Below, in pieces: positions 1-13,708 of a stretch of DNA of 64,000 nucleotides. Location of the stretch: assembly GCA_964016885.1 (NCBI GenBank), contig OZ024747.1, forward strand, positions 60,884,001 through 60,948,000, in the 5' to 3' direction. Position 1 is the first letter of the stretch. Every line of letters starts with the position of its first letter. The DNA is from Eledone cirrhosa (Eukaryota). A model generated the notes under the pieces. The model worked only from the letters and a program-made list of their open reading frames with translations, was not told the DNA's origin and made no database searches. The translations under genes and the position numbers were made by a program.

Positions 1-215
1 TGTTAAGCTGGTTAACAGATTAAATCTACCACCCAAGGACCAGATGGTGATGTTATATGGGTCAACAGATTAAATCTACCACCCAAGGACCAGATGGTGA
101 TGTTAAGCTGGCCAACAGAATCTACCACCCAAGGACCAGGTGGTCATGTTATATGGGTCAACAGATCAAATCTACCACCCATTGACCAGGTGGTGTTGTT
201 AAGCAGGTCAACATT
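1..215. repeat. ~50-bp tandem repeat (about 4 copies, runs off the window start)
   Basis: Unit GTCAACAGATTAAATCTACCACCCAAGGACCAGATGGTGATGTTA recurs at ~11, 61, 111, 158. Confidence 0.85.
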
Positions 216-664
216 TTAACACTTTAGCACTTACGTTACTCCATATTTGTTATTATATTCATAGTAAAGTCTTTATCTCACATAATATCGAATCTATGAG
301 ATTTTGATATTATTTATTTTGAGAACAATACCTTAACATCAGTATGAGTGGCTGGTTACAACCAGTTTGGACAGAAAGTGGTAAGAGCATTCTGACCAGA
401 TATGGCCATTTTAATTGCTAAGGGGTTAAATCTACCATGCAATAAAAGCAATGGGGCTATCTGTATAGTCCCTGTGTACCAAAATTCACTCAGAATCTTT
501 TGGTTAGCCTCGGGTTAGACATTCAATGAAGGTGCTGAAACAGTGAGAGTGAACTGAAAACCATGTCACTCCAAAATAAACTATTTAGTCCTACATATAT
601 GTCTGCATGTGTCTTTATTGGTTTTTGAAAGTAAATAGTTGTTGTCTTTGATTGATTCTTTATG

Positions 665-1340
665 TTATTGTGTTGTATGTCTCTCTGTCTGTATATGAAG
701 TGGCATGAGTGTGTATGTGTGTATGTATGTGTGTATGTAGTGGCATTGACATGAGATTCTGTCTCTGTCTATGTATATGAAGTGGCATGTGTGTGTATGT
801 ATGTGTGTATGTAGTGGCATTGACATGAGATTCTGTCTGTCTGTATATGAAGTGGCATGTGTGTGTGTGTGTGTGTGTATGTGTGTATGTAGTAGCATTG
901 ACATGAGATTCTGTGTCTGTGTGTGTGTGTATATGAAGTGGCATGAGTGTGTATGTGTGTATGTAGTGGCATTGACATGAAATTCTGTGTGTCTGTGTGT
1001 GTGTATATATATATATGTAGTGGCATTGGTATGTGTGTGCGTTTATGTCTGTATGTGCAGTAGCATTGACATGAGAGTGTGTGTCTATGTGTGTGTGTGT
1101 GTATGTCTGTATATGTAGTGGCATTGGCATGAGTGCGTATGTGTGTGTGTATGTGTGTAGTTGTATAGGCATGTTGTTGCTGGTGTATTCATATGTGTCT
1201 GTGTGAGTGTAGTTGTCATTGGCATGAGTGTGTGTATGTGTGTGCATATATATAGCTGTATAGGCATGTTGATGCTTGTGTATGTAGTTGCAGTCACAAG
1301 TGTATGTGTATGTAGTTGTAGAGATGTGTGTATGTGTTCT
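665..1340. repeat. Complex (TG)n-based minisatellite
   Basis: Recurring GTAGTGGCATTGACATGAGATTCTG and ATATGAAGTGGCATG motifs between (TG)n runs. Confidence 0.85.
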
Positions 1341-2037
1341 TTATATATATATATATATATGTCTGAGTATCTTGGTAAATCTGATTTTTGTATTTTAGTA
1401 TGTGTAATTTGTACCATAATATATGTATGTATGTGTATACAATGATGTGCGTGTGAGTTTGTCAATATGTATGGCTGTTCCCCCCCCCCTCTCTCTCTCC
1501 ATCTACCTATCTATCTATCCCTACCATTCTCAACACTTTCTCTCTACCATTTCTTTTCTCACTATCTCTTTATGTTTTGTTAATATATCTTTAATGAACC
1601 AGAAATGAAATTTCCAATGACTTTCAAAAGCCTCAAAGATATAAAATAAATATTCCATTCCCCCTTTCCACTCCACCCAGCACCGCCTACTTACTACTCC
1701 ATTCCACTGCCAGCACCCTCTACAAAAAAATGTCAATTAAATGTTGTGACCATTTTTAATATTAATTAATTATTTAACGACTAGACAGTCTGCTTAAAAA
1801 ACTATGAACAAACTTTTTTTAAATAAAAAACAAACTGAGTTGGAACATCTCATCAAAACAGCTACACTTTTGTCTGTGAATTTCTAAACAAAGAACATTG
1901 AATATAACACAATTTCAGCTTTTTTTATTTAAAACTAAACCATTCTTTTATTGCATTCGTGAATTTTATATAGAATAGTAATAATATTTGATTTGTTTAC
2001 TAGCAAACAGCCTCATTATGCTACGTGTTTTAGGTAA

Positions 2038-2165
2038 CCATTGTCATCCTTTTGTTCTAGCAGTGACAAAGAGAAACAATCAACAATAATATTGTTTCTG
2101 GGTTATTGCCCTTTATCAAGATTGTGTATCTCTCTGTCACTGCTAGAACAAAAGGATGATAATGG
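2038..2165. repeat. Inverted repeat, ~44-bp arms
   Basis: CCATTGTCATCCTTTTGTTCTAGCAGTGACAAAGAGA versus TCTCTCTGTCACTGCTAGAACAAAAGGATGATAATGG. Confidence 0.8.
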
Positions 2166-2384
2166 TCATCTAAAACAGTGGTTGCCAACCTTTCGGACCT
2201 CATGGACCACTAAATTTATAACTTCAAATTCCTCAAACCACTAATATGAATTTTTTTGAAACGTTAATTAAATACATTTGTAAAATAATGGTCAGAGAAC
2301 TTCCATTTTATTAACAATACTGAAGCATATGTGTATCATATTGTCGATAGATGATACATATATGTAAAATTCTTCCATGGATAT

Positions 2385-2556
2385 TAGCGTATTTCCTGGC
2401 GAGAAGACGTTTCGTCCTCGAGAACGCACCCTAATTTTGACAACCAAAAATAAAAAAAAAATAATAAGCAACCTTCGGCCTCCAGAACACATGGTAGATT
2501 TTTTTTAGACTTATTTTAGGAAAAAAGGAGCATCTTCGATGCCGGGAAATATGGTA
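2385..2556. mobile_element. Tc1/mariner-pogo-type MITE
   Basis: TA-flanked TIRs GCGTATTTCCTGGCGAGAAGACG / CATCTTCGATGCCGGGAAATATGG; a partial second copy at ~18503-18590. Confidence 0.65.
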
Positions 2557-2611
2557 GTTCTTTCCTGAGGAGAAACATTTTTTAGGGGTGTTATAAATAT
2601 ATTTTATCCAA

Positions 2612-2770
2612 AGACGCCATGCTTTCTAGCATAGTTACGTCCCTTTATGGTCTGAGTTCAAGTCCCGTTGAGGTTAACTTTGTCTTTCATCCTTATGGGG
2701 TCGATAAAATAAAGTACCAGTAATGTACTGGGTAGTTGCTGGCCTTGTGCCAAAAGTAGAAACAATTATT
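2612..2770 (+). mobile_element. tRNA-derived SINE family A, 5'-truncated
   Basis: B-box GAGTTCAAGTCC followed by CTTTCATCCTT..GGGGTCGATAAAATAAAGTACCAG, shared with about 10 copies in the window. Confidence 0.85.
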
Positions 2771-2786
2771 TTTGTTTTATTATTAA

Positions 2787-3358
2787 CTAGCAGTAAAGCC
2801 CGGCGTTGCTCGGGGTCGCTCAGTAGCTGTGTTAAAGTTACAATGTTAAGTTTCTTTTTTGGCTTAAAGTCTGTCTGCACGACTGTCTGTCTGCACGCCT
2901 AACGAAATTTACAGATACATATATTTTAAATAAACTTATATAATTTTTGCTTTTTTTTTACGAAATATTTGCTTGTTTTACGTAGTCTTTAAATAGACTT
3001 GTTTTCAAGTAAAAATATTGTTTTAAAAGGCTTTTAAATGGAAATGAAGCAAAACGGAAGCTTAGTGTTCGAACTGATGAATTTTGCAGGTCAAAATTTT
3101 GCTGGCTCGACAACGTAAGACGCTCAATGTAAACAGAACAAAGGGAAATAACCCGTCACTTACGCTCAAAAATCGATACATTAGATTCGATTTCGTCACA
3201 TAGGGTGGGTCAATTTGAAATATTTTTTTTCCGATGTCTTCGCTAGGGCTCAATGTACAAGTATAGCAATTTCGGTGCAATTCCGTCAGAGATTCTAAGA
3301 GGAGTTGTGTGCCAAAAATCGATAGACAGACAGACAACCACAGCTTTATATATATAGA
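2787..3358 (-). mobile_element. Non-autonomous Helitron
   Basis: Minus strand starts TCTATATATATAAAGCTG with (TGTC)n and ends with hairpin CCCGAGCAACGCCGGG + CTAG; inserted between A and T. Confidence 0.8.
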
Positions 3359-3589
3359 TAAAATATAAAAATTGCAAATAATGTCCAAATTTTTCTGCGG
3401 TCCACCAAAATTTTCTCTCAAACCACTGATTGGTGACCATTGATCTAAAACACATAACATAATGAGGCTGTTTGCTTGCAAATGAATCAAATAATATTAT
3501 TATTCAATATAAAACTCACAAATGTATTTACGTATCTGCAATGTTGGAGAAAAAAATAAAATTCTAATTTTGTTCATTCTATTATTCTT

Positions 3590-3778
3590 GGTGGATTGGC
3601 AGTATCGGTAGAGGGTCGGATGCCATGTTTTAAAGCATAGAGTTACCTCCCTGTATGATCTGAGTTCAAATCCCGCCGAGGTTAACTTTGCATTTCATCC
3701 TTCCGGGGTCGATAAAATAAAGTACCAGTGATGCACTGGGTAATTGCTGGCCTTGTGCCAAAAGTAGAAACAATTATT
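3590..3778 (+). mobile_element. tRNA-derived SINE family A, full length (central block resembles the Meta domain, from memory)
   Basis: A-box-like TGGCAGTATCGGT, B-box GAGTTCAAATCC, conserved core; ATTATTCTT on both sides. Confidence 0.85.
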
Positions 3779-3924
3779 CTTTTACTAGTTTCAGTTATGG
3801 AATGGATAGAACTGTAGTGGTGTTGTCCTGACACAAGGTGTGTCTTAGGAACTTTAAACTTGGCAGAGTAGTCAGATCACAGCCAATTTTCTTATCATCA
3901 TCATCAATTCCTGAGGACTTTCTT

Positions 3925-3955
<31 letters not shown>

Positions 3956-4104
3956 GAGAGAATAAACCTCAACACTGGACTGATATTTTATCATACATGA
4001 AAAAGTGAATGGTAAAGTTGACTTTGGTAGGATTTAAACTAAGAATGTAGTGAACCAGAATAAATACTAAGGTATTTAATACATAGCCCCAACATTTGTG
4101 CCAA

Positions 4105-6016
4105 TCTATACATATATATATAAAACTAAAATTGTCTGTGTGTGTGTGTCCTAATTTTTGCAAAGTCTATACAAATCAACATTTCTACTCCGGTTGACTT
4201 CAAACTTGCATTTATATATTCCTTGCGGTCTAAAGATATTAACTGCAGCTATTATTTTTCAATTTTCTGTTGTTAAAGGCGTGTTAGGCGCTGGTTAGCG
4301 ATCTCTCTTTCTTTCTTAGTCTGTCTTTTTAGATAGATACATAGCTATAACGCCACGCCCTTATAATATTTGTCTGTACGTCTGGCTGTCTGCATTATGC
4401 CATTATGAAAACATTGTTCTCATTGCTGACGTATTATCTTTGCTATTTTACGTTCATTGCCATGGAATGTCTTCACGTACCAAAATATCGTCTTCCATCA
4501 GTTGCAACGTTTACTTCTGTTTACTTCAAATATCTACTTCTGCGTTCACAGATTGATTTTTTTTAGTTTCAGAAGATCCTGTTAAGGGTGAAAGCAGCGA
4601 TTATTTGCTTAAACTTTATTCTGTTATTTTAATATATATATCTAAACTATAATAAAGGGAGAAGCACGAGACTTATAATTTTGTATCCCATTAGTAAAAT
4701 AAGTTGGATTACTTTGAATAAATAATGAATGAATATTACATAATTTATCTACTAAATTTCGAGGCTGTTCATTAAATATATTTAAAGATTCACTTCTTTA
4801 AAATTTTCAAATGTCAATACTTCCGGTGGTGATCGCTTAAATAAACATTAATTTTCTGTCACTAATTTTCTCCTAATGCAGTTTATATATAATATCGTCT
4901 TTTTTTAATGTATCATAGATTACGTTACTGATTACATAAGACAGTGTAACACAGTCTTCGTTCAATTTCTGTGTATATTGTCAATTACGATTTTATTTTA
5001 TGTATCATATCTACATGTATATATATTTGCATATAATATCAATATACACACTACACATGCTAGCAGAAAACCACCCGAGGGTGGTTTTTCTGCTAGTATA
5101 TATAATTATATATTCGTGTAGAGATATTTTTGCATACACAAAAACAAAATATAAACAAACGTATTTATTTCACGAAAGCACTGATGATTTATCGTCATTG
5201 TTACTGCCGATATGTCACCCAAAAAGTCCCACAACTTTTAGCACAAGACCAACAATTACATAGTCAACGGTTTGGAAACCATATATATCACTGACGAGTT
5301 TACTCCTTACTCTACCAGTTAGTCTTAGTGTACTGCGTCCTGCTTTTAGGTCATGCCTCGAAGGAAGAGATACTCCATTGGCCGAAATACTGTGAAAGTG
5401 GCAAGAAAAAGAACAAGGCGGGCAAACGAATTGTGAGTGGAATCTGCTATTCGACGGTCGTAAGATGCTGAACGTACTGCCACCAGAAGAGCACTTGAAA
5501 CAGACAACCAACGAACCATTCGCCGAACCGTGTCAGCTTTGCAATGTCTATCAACAAATCCCAGGATCAGACCCTAGCTATTGCTGGTCTTCTTTTGGAA
5601 GAGTCATGTTTTTCACACGGCAACTATACGTTGGCTGCTCAAGAGTGGGAAGCAAGACAAATCTCTTTGCATATACGCGGCACGGAAGAACAAGGAACAT
5701 TGTGTACAAGGAGGTGCTACAATCATTGTTTAGGTAGACGAGACAGAAGGAGATATACACGATTGGCTGAAGAAGGACGAGACTGTGTTAACAGTACGAC
5801 CAATGGCTGCTATCACACCAACAGCAGCAAAAAAGAGAGGGGACGCAATTACATGCTTTTGAAAAATCTTAATGGAAAATGATTTGCCTAAGCACAAAAT
5901 TTAGACACCATCCCCAGGCTGAGGTATTCCGTACTTCTCTGTACTGTTTCAGAAAGGAGGGATAAACATGCCAATCTATGTTTAGAAGCCCGAGCAATGC
6001 CGGGCCATTCTGCTAG
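4105..6016 (+). mobile_element. Helitron (possibly composite) with helicase remnant
   Basis: 5' TC...TATAAAACTAAAATTGTCTGTGTG; 3' hairpin CCCGAGCAATGCCGGG + CTAG|T; internal PIF1-like remnant. Confidence 0.75.
5538..5737 (+). pseudogene. Helitron RepHel PIF1-family helicase C-terminus, frameshifted
   Basis: FAMSINKSQDQTLAIAGLLLEESCFSHG / QLYVGCSRVG...TRNIVYKEVL joined across a 1-nt frameshift near 5620; matches the FAMTINKSQGQTL...FSHGQLYVA.SRV motif. Confidence 0.9.
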
Positions 6017-6285
6017 TTAGCAGATAAAATACGTTCAATAACAATAACAATAACAAAAAACAACATTTATTAACTATTTACTGATATCACAGAAAAATAG
6101 TTGTGACTTCATTGAATTATACCAATGTTGTCTCAATCTGATTTGAAACTTTAAGTGAATAATCAATAGTAAATTATTTCTTCATACCATCATAACATCC
6201 ATCATTTGCTATAGGTGTTTGGGTATTTGCCCTTGTGTTCATAACACACACACATACCCCCCCCCCCTCCACACATATATATTAT

Positions 6286-6352
6286 AAAGAGTCAGGACCC
6301 AATGGCTGAGCTCTTGCCATTTCAAAAGCTATTTCCAGACCCTGATGAGTCA
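6286..6352. mobile_element. Fragment of PLE-pLTR family P1 retaining the CTGATGA half of the hammerhead
   Basis: GAGTCAGGACCC...GCTATTTCCAGACCCTGATGAGTC; homologous to 21672-21804 and 48496-48606. Confidence 0.55.
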
Positions 6353-6553
6353 AACTAGTTTTAAGCTGGTTCTATCCTTATCTATATATATATATAATAG
6401 AATTAGAACTTAGCTTTGAGCTTAGCTGTATACAGATATGTATTGGAATTTCATATACATGTAGCTATGCTAAAATCAGCGGCAGCTATCCCTACCATAT
6501 ATATATAAATAAATATAAATCAGGATATATTATCATTATCTGATATAGAAATG

Positions 6554-6604
6554 GTTTCTACGGGACTAGAATTCTTTCATTCGTATGTAATCGACATCAG
6601 GAAT
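6554..6604 (-). ncRNA. Degenerate hammerhead of the family seen at 50231-50281
   Basis: Minus strand TTC CTGATGT...GAAT GAAA GAATTCTAGTCCCG TA GAAACC; core mutated. Confidence 0.45.
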
Positions 6605-6615
6605 ACCCTATATTA

Positions 6616-6763
6616 AATAATTGTTCTACTTTTGACACAAGGCCAGCAATTACCCAGTACATTACTGGTACTTTATTTTATCGACCCCGTAAGGATGAAA
6701 GGCAAAGTTAACCTCGGCAGGATTTGAACTCAGACCGTAAAGGGACGTTACTATGCTGGAAAG
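6616..6763 (-). mobile_element. SINE family A, 5'-truncated
   Basis: Reverse complement of the family A core and B-box. Confidence 0.85.
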
Positions 6764-6777
6764 AAACATAACAGACA

Positions 6778-6916
6778 TGTCTCGCTCGCTTCACCCTATT
6801 TTACTTGTCCCAATAACTTTCTTTAGTTATTGCTCGCACCAGCCAGAGGTATATGATCTTTAAAGCGAAGAAATACCAATGAAGGTTGGAAGATCACTGA
6901 TGAAGGACTAATTTTA

Positions 6917-6920
<4 letters not shown>
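6778..6920. repeat. Interspersed repeat, second copy at ~18903-19045; both end just before (TA)n
   Basis: Shared CACCCTATTTTAC...GGAAGATCACTGATGAAGGACTAA. Confidence 0.8.
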
Positions 6921-6963
<43 letters not shown>

Positions 6964-7149
6964 CATAAGTAAATTCATTACAAATATACATACCATCTCA
7001 CTGAGTCCATTCTCATGGTCCATATTGACTGCTATTTCAAAACTAGGGCAGATGGGACTCCTTAGTCGTTTTGGTGACAACCTTTCAAATGGCCAGTGAC
7101 TTCATACTTGTGATGAAAGCAGAAGAGTTGTAGCCCACTAGCCAGCTTC

Positions 7150-7400
7150 CAAGTAATGACCAGACAAGGGTTTTGGGATCCAACAATGTTATTTTTCCCC
7201 AATGGAAGTCATGGACAGACATATTGTCCATGGACCCTAACCTTAAGCAATGAAGACGAAAAGAGACCTGATATATACGATTGTCAAAACTAGAACATTC
7301 CTGGCCCAAATAGCATCCAGAACTATTTGATTAAATATCTTAACTCACTGCATAAGATTATTGGAGACCATCTTAATGAATGTTTTAATGTTTTACAGAA
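7150..7400 (+). pseudogene. Possible degenerate RT fragment of an R4/Dong-like non-LTR element
   Basis: PGPNSIQNYLIKYLNSLH at ~7300-7353 resembles the PGPDxIxN(Y/F)WxKxLxSLH motif; surrounding frame is broken. Confidence 0.4.
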
Positions 7401-8154
7401 AAGCAATTTGTTAGTAGAAAACCGAAAGGAAACATTTTCTGTTCAGTAGATCAAAGAAAGAATAGGATTTTAAATAGATCAATAGAGATCAAACAGACCC
7501 TGCTTTAAAATTGTATTAATTCGTAACTGTCAAATGCAATTTCCTTCTTTACTTTTTATTCATATTTTAAGTGTTGTTCTAACTTAAAAGACTTATATCT
7601 CCATGATGTAGTAGACAGTAGAGATTATAAAGATGGTATCGTAGGTGACAATCAGGAAATAAAAGAAGCTGAATGGTTAGGAATCTTCATTCATCATCGT
7701 TTTTATGTTAGCGGAGAAAGAAACATAACAGGTTCCTATATAAAGAAAGGAAAAATATCAGTTTAGGAGATGAACACTTCACAAATTTTATTTTCAAGTG
7801 TTTGGTTAGATTCTATCCTTCATCAACTTTATAAATAAACAACATTAAATGAACACTATATGCATGCATACATACAATCATGCAAACGTGCTTTTATGTG
7901 TGTGTGTATGTATGTATGTATGCTTATGTATATATATATATAAATTTTAGTACAGCATTAACGAAGCTTTAGTTTTCAGCCAAGCTAACGAATGCAAATT
8001 CGGTCTGTAGCTTTAGCACCTGGATGGGGAAAAGTACCCCAGAGTAATAACAATACGTTCAGACAGCTTAGCAAATCAGATATAGCGATCGGCAGTCCAG
8101 CCGCATCACTAGAGCAACGAAAGTACAGGACTCAGGAAAAGATTTTATATCATA

Positions 8155-8565
<411 letters not shown>

Positions 8566-8684
8566 AATCAATAGATAGCTATCTTAGGTATCTTTAAATG
8601 TTTGTCTCCAGCTCCATATATTTATCTCACTGTCTCACAGATATCATTTATGTTCTGTTTATACAAACACATACACACATGCAC

Positions 8685-9890
8685 TGTCATACATATTCAT
8701 AGCACACAGATGTGTGACTGTGCTCCCATACACATTCATAGCACATACATGTGTGTCTGTGCTCCCATACATATTCATAGCACATACATGTGTGTCTGTG
8801 TTCCCATACATATTCATAGCACATACATGTGTGTATGTGTTCCCATACATATTCATAGCGCATACATGTGTGTCTGTGCTCCCATACATATTCATAGCAC
8901 ATACATGTGTGTCTGTGCTCCCATACATATTCATAGCGCATACATGTGTGTCTGTGCTCCCATACATATTCATAGCACATACATGTGTGTCTGTGCTCCC
9001 ATACATATTCATAGCACATACATGTGTGTCTGTGCTCCCATACATATTCATAGCACATACATGTGTGTCTGTGCTCCCATACATATTCATAGCACATACA
9101 TGTGTGTCTGTGCTCCCATACATATTCATAGCACATACATGTGTCTGTGCTCCCATACATATTCATAGCACATACATGTGTGTCTGTGCTCCCATACATA
9201 TTCATAGCACATACATGTGTGTCTGTGCTCCCATACATATTCATAGCACATACATGTGTGTCTGTGCTCCCATACATATTCATAGCACATACATGTGTGT
9301 CTGTGTTCCCATACATATTCATAGCACATACATGTGTGTCTGTGCTCCCATACATATTCATAGCACATACATGTGTGTCTGTGCTCCCATACATATTCAT
9401 AGCACATACATGTGTGTCTGTGCTCCTATACATATTCATAGCACATACATGTGTGTCTGTGCTCCCATACATATTCATAGCACATACATGTGTGTCTGTG
9501 TTCCCATACATATTCATAGCACATACATGTGTGTCTGTGTTCCCATACATATTCATAGCACATACATGTGTGTCTGTGCTCCCATACATATTCATAGCAC
9601 ATACATGTGTGTCTGTGCTCCCATACATATTCATAGCACATACATGTGTGTCTGTGCTCCCATACATATTCATAGCACACAGATGTGTGACTGTGCTCCC
9701 ATACATATTCATAGCACATACATGTGTCTCTGTGCTCCCATACATATTCATAGCACATACATGTGTGTCTGTGCTCCCATACATATTCATAGCACATACA
9801 TGTGTGTCTGTGTTCCCATACATATTCATAGCACATACATTTGTGTCTGTGTTCCCATACATATTCATAGCACATACATTTGTCCTCTCA
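8685..9890. repeat. 39-bp minisatellite, about 30 copies
   Basis: Unit GTGCTCCCATACATATTCATAGCACATACATGTGTGTCT (13-aa periodicity in the ORF track). Confidence 0.95.
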
Positions 9891-10004
9891 TACATTCTTA
9901 TCGCACACTTACACACATGTTTTTGCTCTCATACATATGTATAGCATACACAGACACCCACGCAAGAATACATTAACACGTGTGTCCTCATACAGATATT
10001 AACA

Positions 10005-10432
10005 CATGTTAACTGTTTTAGTTAACAGATGATGTTAACAAACAAACATTGTTAACAGATGTAGATAAAACGGGTAGGTAGTAGATATGGTTAACAGTTA
10101 TAATTAACAGAATCTGTTGTAGATAAACATGAGTTAACAGGTGTAGTTAACAGTTTTAGTTAACAAACATAGTTAACATGTAGATGAAACATGCAGTTAA
10201 TAGATATAGTTAACAGATGTAGATAAACTTGTTGTTAACAGTTGTAGTTAACAAATGTAGATAAACTTGCAGTTAACAGATGTGGTTAAGAGTTGTAGTT
10301 AACAGATGTAATTAATGGATGGAGTTAACAGTTGTAGTTAACATAGTTAACAGGTGTAGATAAACTTGTAGTTAACAGGTGTAGTTAACAGATCTAGTTA
10401 ACAGATGCAGTTAATAAATGGAGTTAACAGAC
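10005..10432. repeat. Degenerate ~13-bp GTTAAC-containing tandem repeat
   Basis: Repeated AGTTAACAGATGT-like units. Confidence 0.8.
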
Positions 10433-11284
10433 ACATTCCCTATTTCCTGACCAATTGTGAAAATTACTTTCAGTAAAACAACTTCTTGAATTCTGTTTCG
10501 AAATTGCGAGGCCATTTATCTTGGAATGCTTCATTGGTTTTCCAGTTCCGTCCTGTAATTGGTTGGTCAGCATCAGAAGGTTTGATAGTGGCTGACGCTA
10601 TTTATAGACACACTGTTTACCATTTTACTGCTGTCTTGGAACTACTTCTTGGTGAAATATGGCAATCTCTTACATCACCTCCACTCATCCACACACACTC
10701 TACTACAGCTAACAACCCCCACCACTACCACCATCAACCACCACCATCAACCACCTCTACCAACACTAATGCTACCTAACAATACTATCTATCAATACCA
10801 TAATCCACCATCACAACCACCAACACCATCTACCAACAACATGCATCAGTATTAACAACACCATCTATCACCACTGCAACCACCACCATCATTTACAAAC
10901 ACTGCTACCACAACCATCTACCATTATCTATATTATAAGAGCGTTGTGTGTCCATCTGTCTGTCCCTCCGTCTGTCACACTCACTTTATATAGAGAGGGG
11001 GAGAGCCAAGTGAGAGATATGTACATAGACAGAGAGAGAAAAGGTAACACTGTGTTTTCGAGGTGACAGAAAGAGGTAGACAGAGGGAAAGTTATGACTT
11101 TGCCCTCATCTATATAGAGAGAGGGGGAGTGTCAAGTGAAAGACATGTACATAGATACAGTAAAGGAACATCATTTGTTTAGAGAGAGAGAGAGAGAGAG
11201 ACTGTGTGAGTCTGTGAGTGTGACAGAAAGAGGGAGAAGACGATGTCATTCTCATCTAGTAATCATGTATATGTATCCCACTAT

Positions 11285-11620
<336 letters not shown>

Positions 11621-11998
11621 TATATATAAATTTTGAGTATATGTTGGTTGTATACCAATACCTCAGTATGCAGATTGGAACACTCGACGAAGTGCGCAGG
11701 TTGGTTTGGTTACTCCGGAGTAATGTAAAAGTCCGCTACTGTTTGAAGCGCTCAACCCATGGGGGAGCTAGATAAATTTTGAGTATATGATTCCAGTTCC
11801 TCAGTAAAATAACAACCCAACCAGGAACTGGGCACATCAGAGTATTGACAAAATTATACACCTCAACAACATGTGTACTCGTCTATACCACACTAATTCG
11901 GACTGCCTGAAGAGGTCACAGCCAAAGATGACTGTCACTAAAATATATATAGCAATAATAAACGAAGCCAAATTTTAAACATTTGACTTATCTATTTT

Positions 11999-12038
<40 letters not shown>

Positions 12039-12060
12039 GTATAATAAACAATACAATATA

Positions 12061-12138
12061 ATTACCTCATTACCAGAGGTTTCCCGAATAAGACGAATAC
12101 GAAAAAAACGTCCTCATTCGTTCGTCGGACAAGGTAAT
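12061..12138 (-). ncRNA. Type I hammerhead ribozyme, CCGACGA core variant (mirror copy)
   Basis: Stem I ATTACCTTGT/ATGAGGTAAT; CCGACGA; stem II CGAATGAGGACG/CGTCTTATTCG; GAAA; CC-TCT-GG; GUA site. Confidence 0.65.
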
Positions 12139-12999
12139 ATAAAACATAGTGAAATATTTGGAAAGTCTCATCAAGAAATGCAAAAAATATATAAATAAAA
12201 GTAATGCAAGAGATATATTAAAAAATATAGAAAAATATACAAAAAATATAAGGAAATATAGTTAGGTATGTATATATGTATGTCTATACACTCACAAATG
12301 TACATATGTGTGTATGTACAAATGCATGTGTATGGTGAAAATGTGTGCGTAAGTACATATATGAGGGCAAGTATATTTGTGTATATGTGACCACAAATAC
12401 GGATATAATATGAGTTGAAAGAGAAGATGATATAGTTGACACGCATCTAGATACAGGTATTAAATACACATACGAGTATGAAAGCACGCGTATAAACACA
12501 CACACATTATTTTTTTACTTCACATCCACCAGTAACCCACCTCTACTCTTCGATTCACTTACCTAATAACTTCGCATTCCACATGTTACTCCCCCATTTT
12601 CTTTCACTACCTGATTAGACATGTCACTTGCGTTTTCCACTCCAGATATATTCTGTTGTTTCGCAGCAGTTTTTATATTAGTACTCATTTATTCATAAGG
12701 CTGCTTTATACTCTTTATCTATATGTCTGAGTGTTTTTATGTGTGTATACGTTCTGTATATGTATACGAGCGCCTCTGTATGTGTGCGTGCGTGCGTGCG
12801 TGTATATATATGTGTGTGTATGTGTGTTTTTATATCTGTTTTTACATCTATGTTTTTTACATTCTTATTTTTACGTGCGTGCGTAAGCGGATGAATGTAC
12901 GTGAATGTGTGTGTATGTGTGTATGCGTATGTATGGGTGTGTATGTGTGTGTGTGTATATTATAGTTGCGTACGTACGTGTGATTAGATATACATGGGG

Positions 13000-13087
<88 letters not shown>

Positions 13088-13708
13088 GTGCCTCGTGTGT
13101 ATGTATGTACGCATACATGCGCTTTTGTCTGTACGTATTTGTGTGTATAAATATTTTTAAGGATATATGTTATTTATAGATATATGTGTATGTACGTGCG
13201 TCCCTGTTTGTTTTCTTTTCTCTAGTGTTAATTGATTACTTTCTCTTTCATTTAAAATTTTTTTCATTCTCATATATTGTTTCATTTTTATACATATATC
13301 GAGAATGACACTTCTTTTCACTAAGTGACCGCGCGCGTGTGTGTGTGTTTATACGCGTGCTTTCATACTCGTATGTGTATTTAATACTTGTATCTGGATG
13401 CGTGTCAACTATATCATCATCTTCTCTTTCAACTCATATTATATCCGTATTTGTGGTCACATATACACAAATATACTTGCCCTCATATATGTACTTACGC
13501 ACACATTTTCACCATACACATGCATTTGTACATACACACATATGTACATTTGTGAGTGTATAGACATACATATATACATACCTAACTATATTTCCTTATA
13601 TTTTTTGTATATTTTTCTATATTTTTTAATATATCTCTTGCATTACTTTTATTTATATATTTTTTGCATTTCTTGATGAGACTTTCCAAATATTTCACGA
13701 TGTTTTAT

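Larger units (their letters stand above)
2176..3442. mobile_element. hAT-type non-autonomous DNA transposon with nested insertions
   Basis: Imperfect TIRs CAGTGGTTGCCAACC / GATTGGTGACCATTG; perfect 8-bp TSD ATCTAAAA at 2168-2175 and 3443-3450. Confidence 0.8.

Noticed and set aside
6897-6920. CTGATGAAGGACTAA as a hammerhead (also 19022-19045)
   Set aside because: Both copies end before any GAAA or stem III; at most a truncated half, so no fold can be supported
8602-9976. Long ORFs (up to 420 aa) on both strands
   Set aside because: Translations of a 39-bp minisatellite; frame broken by a 2-bp indel; no domain
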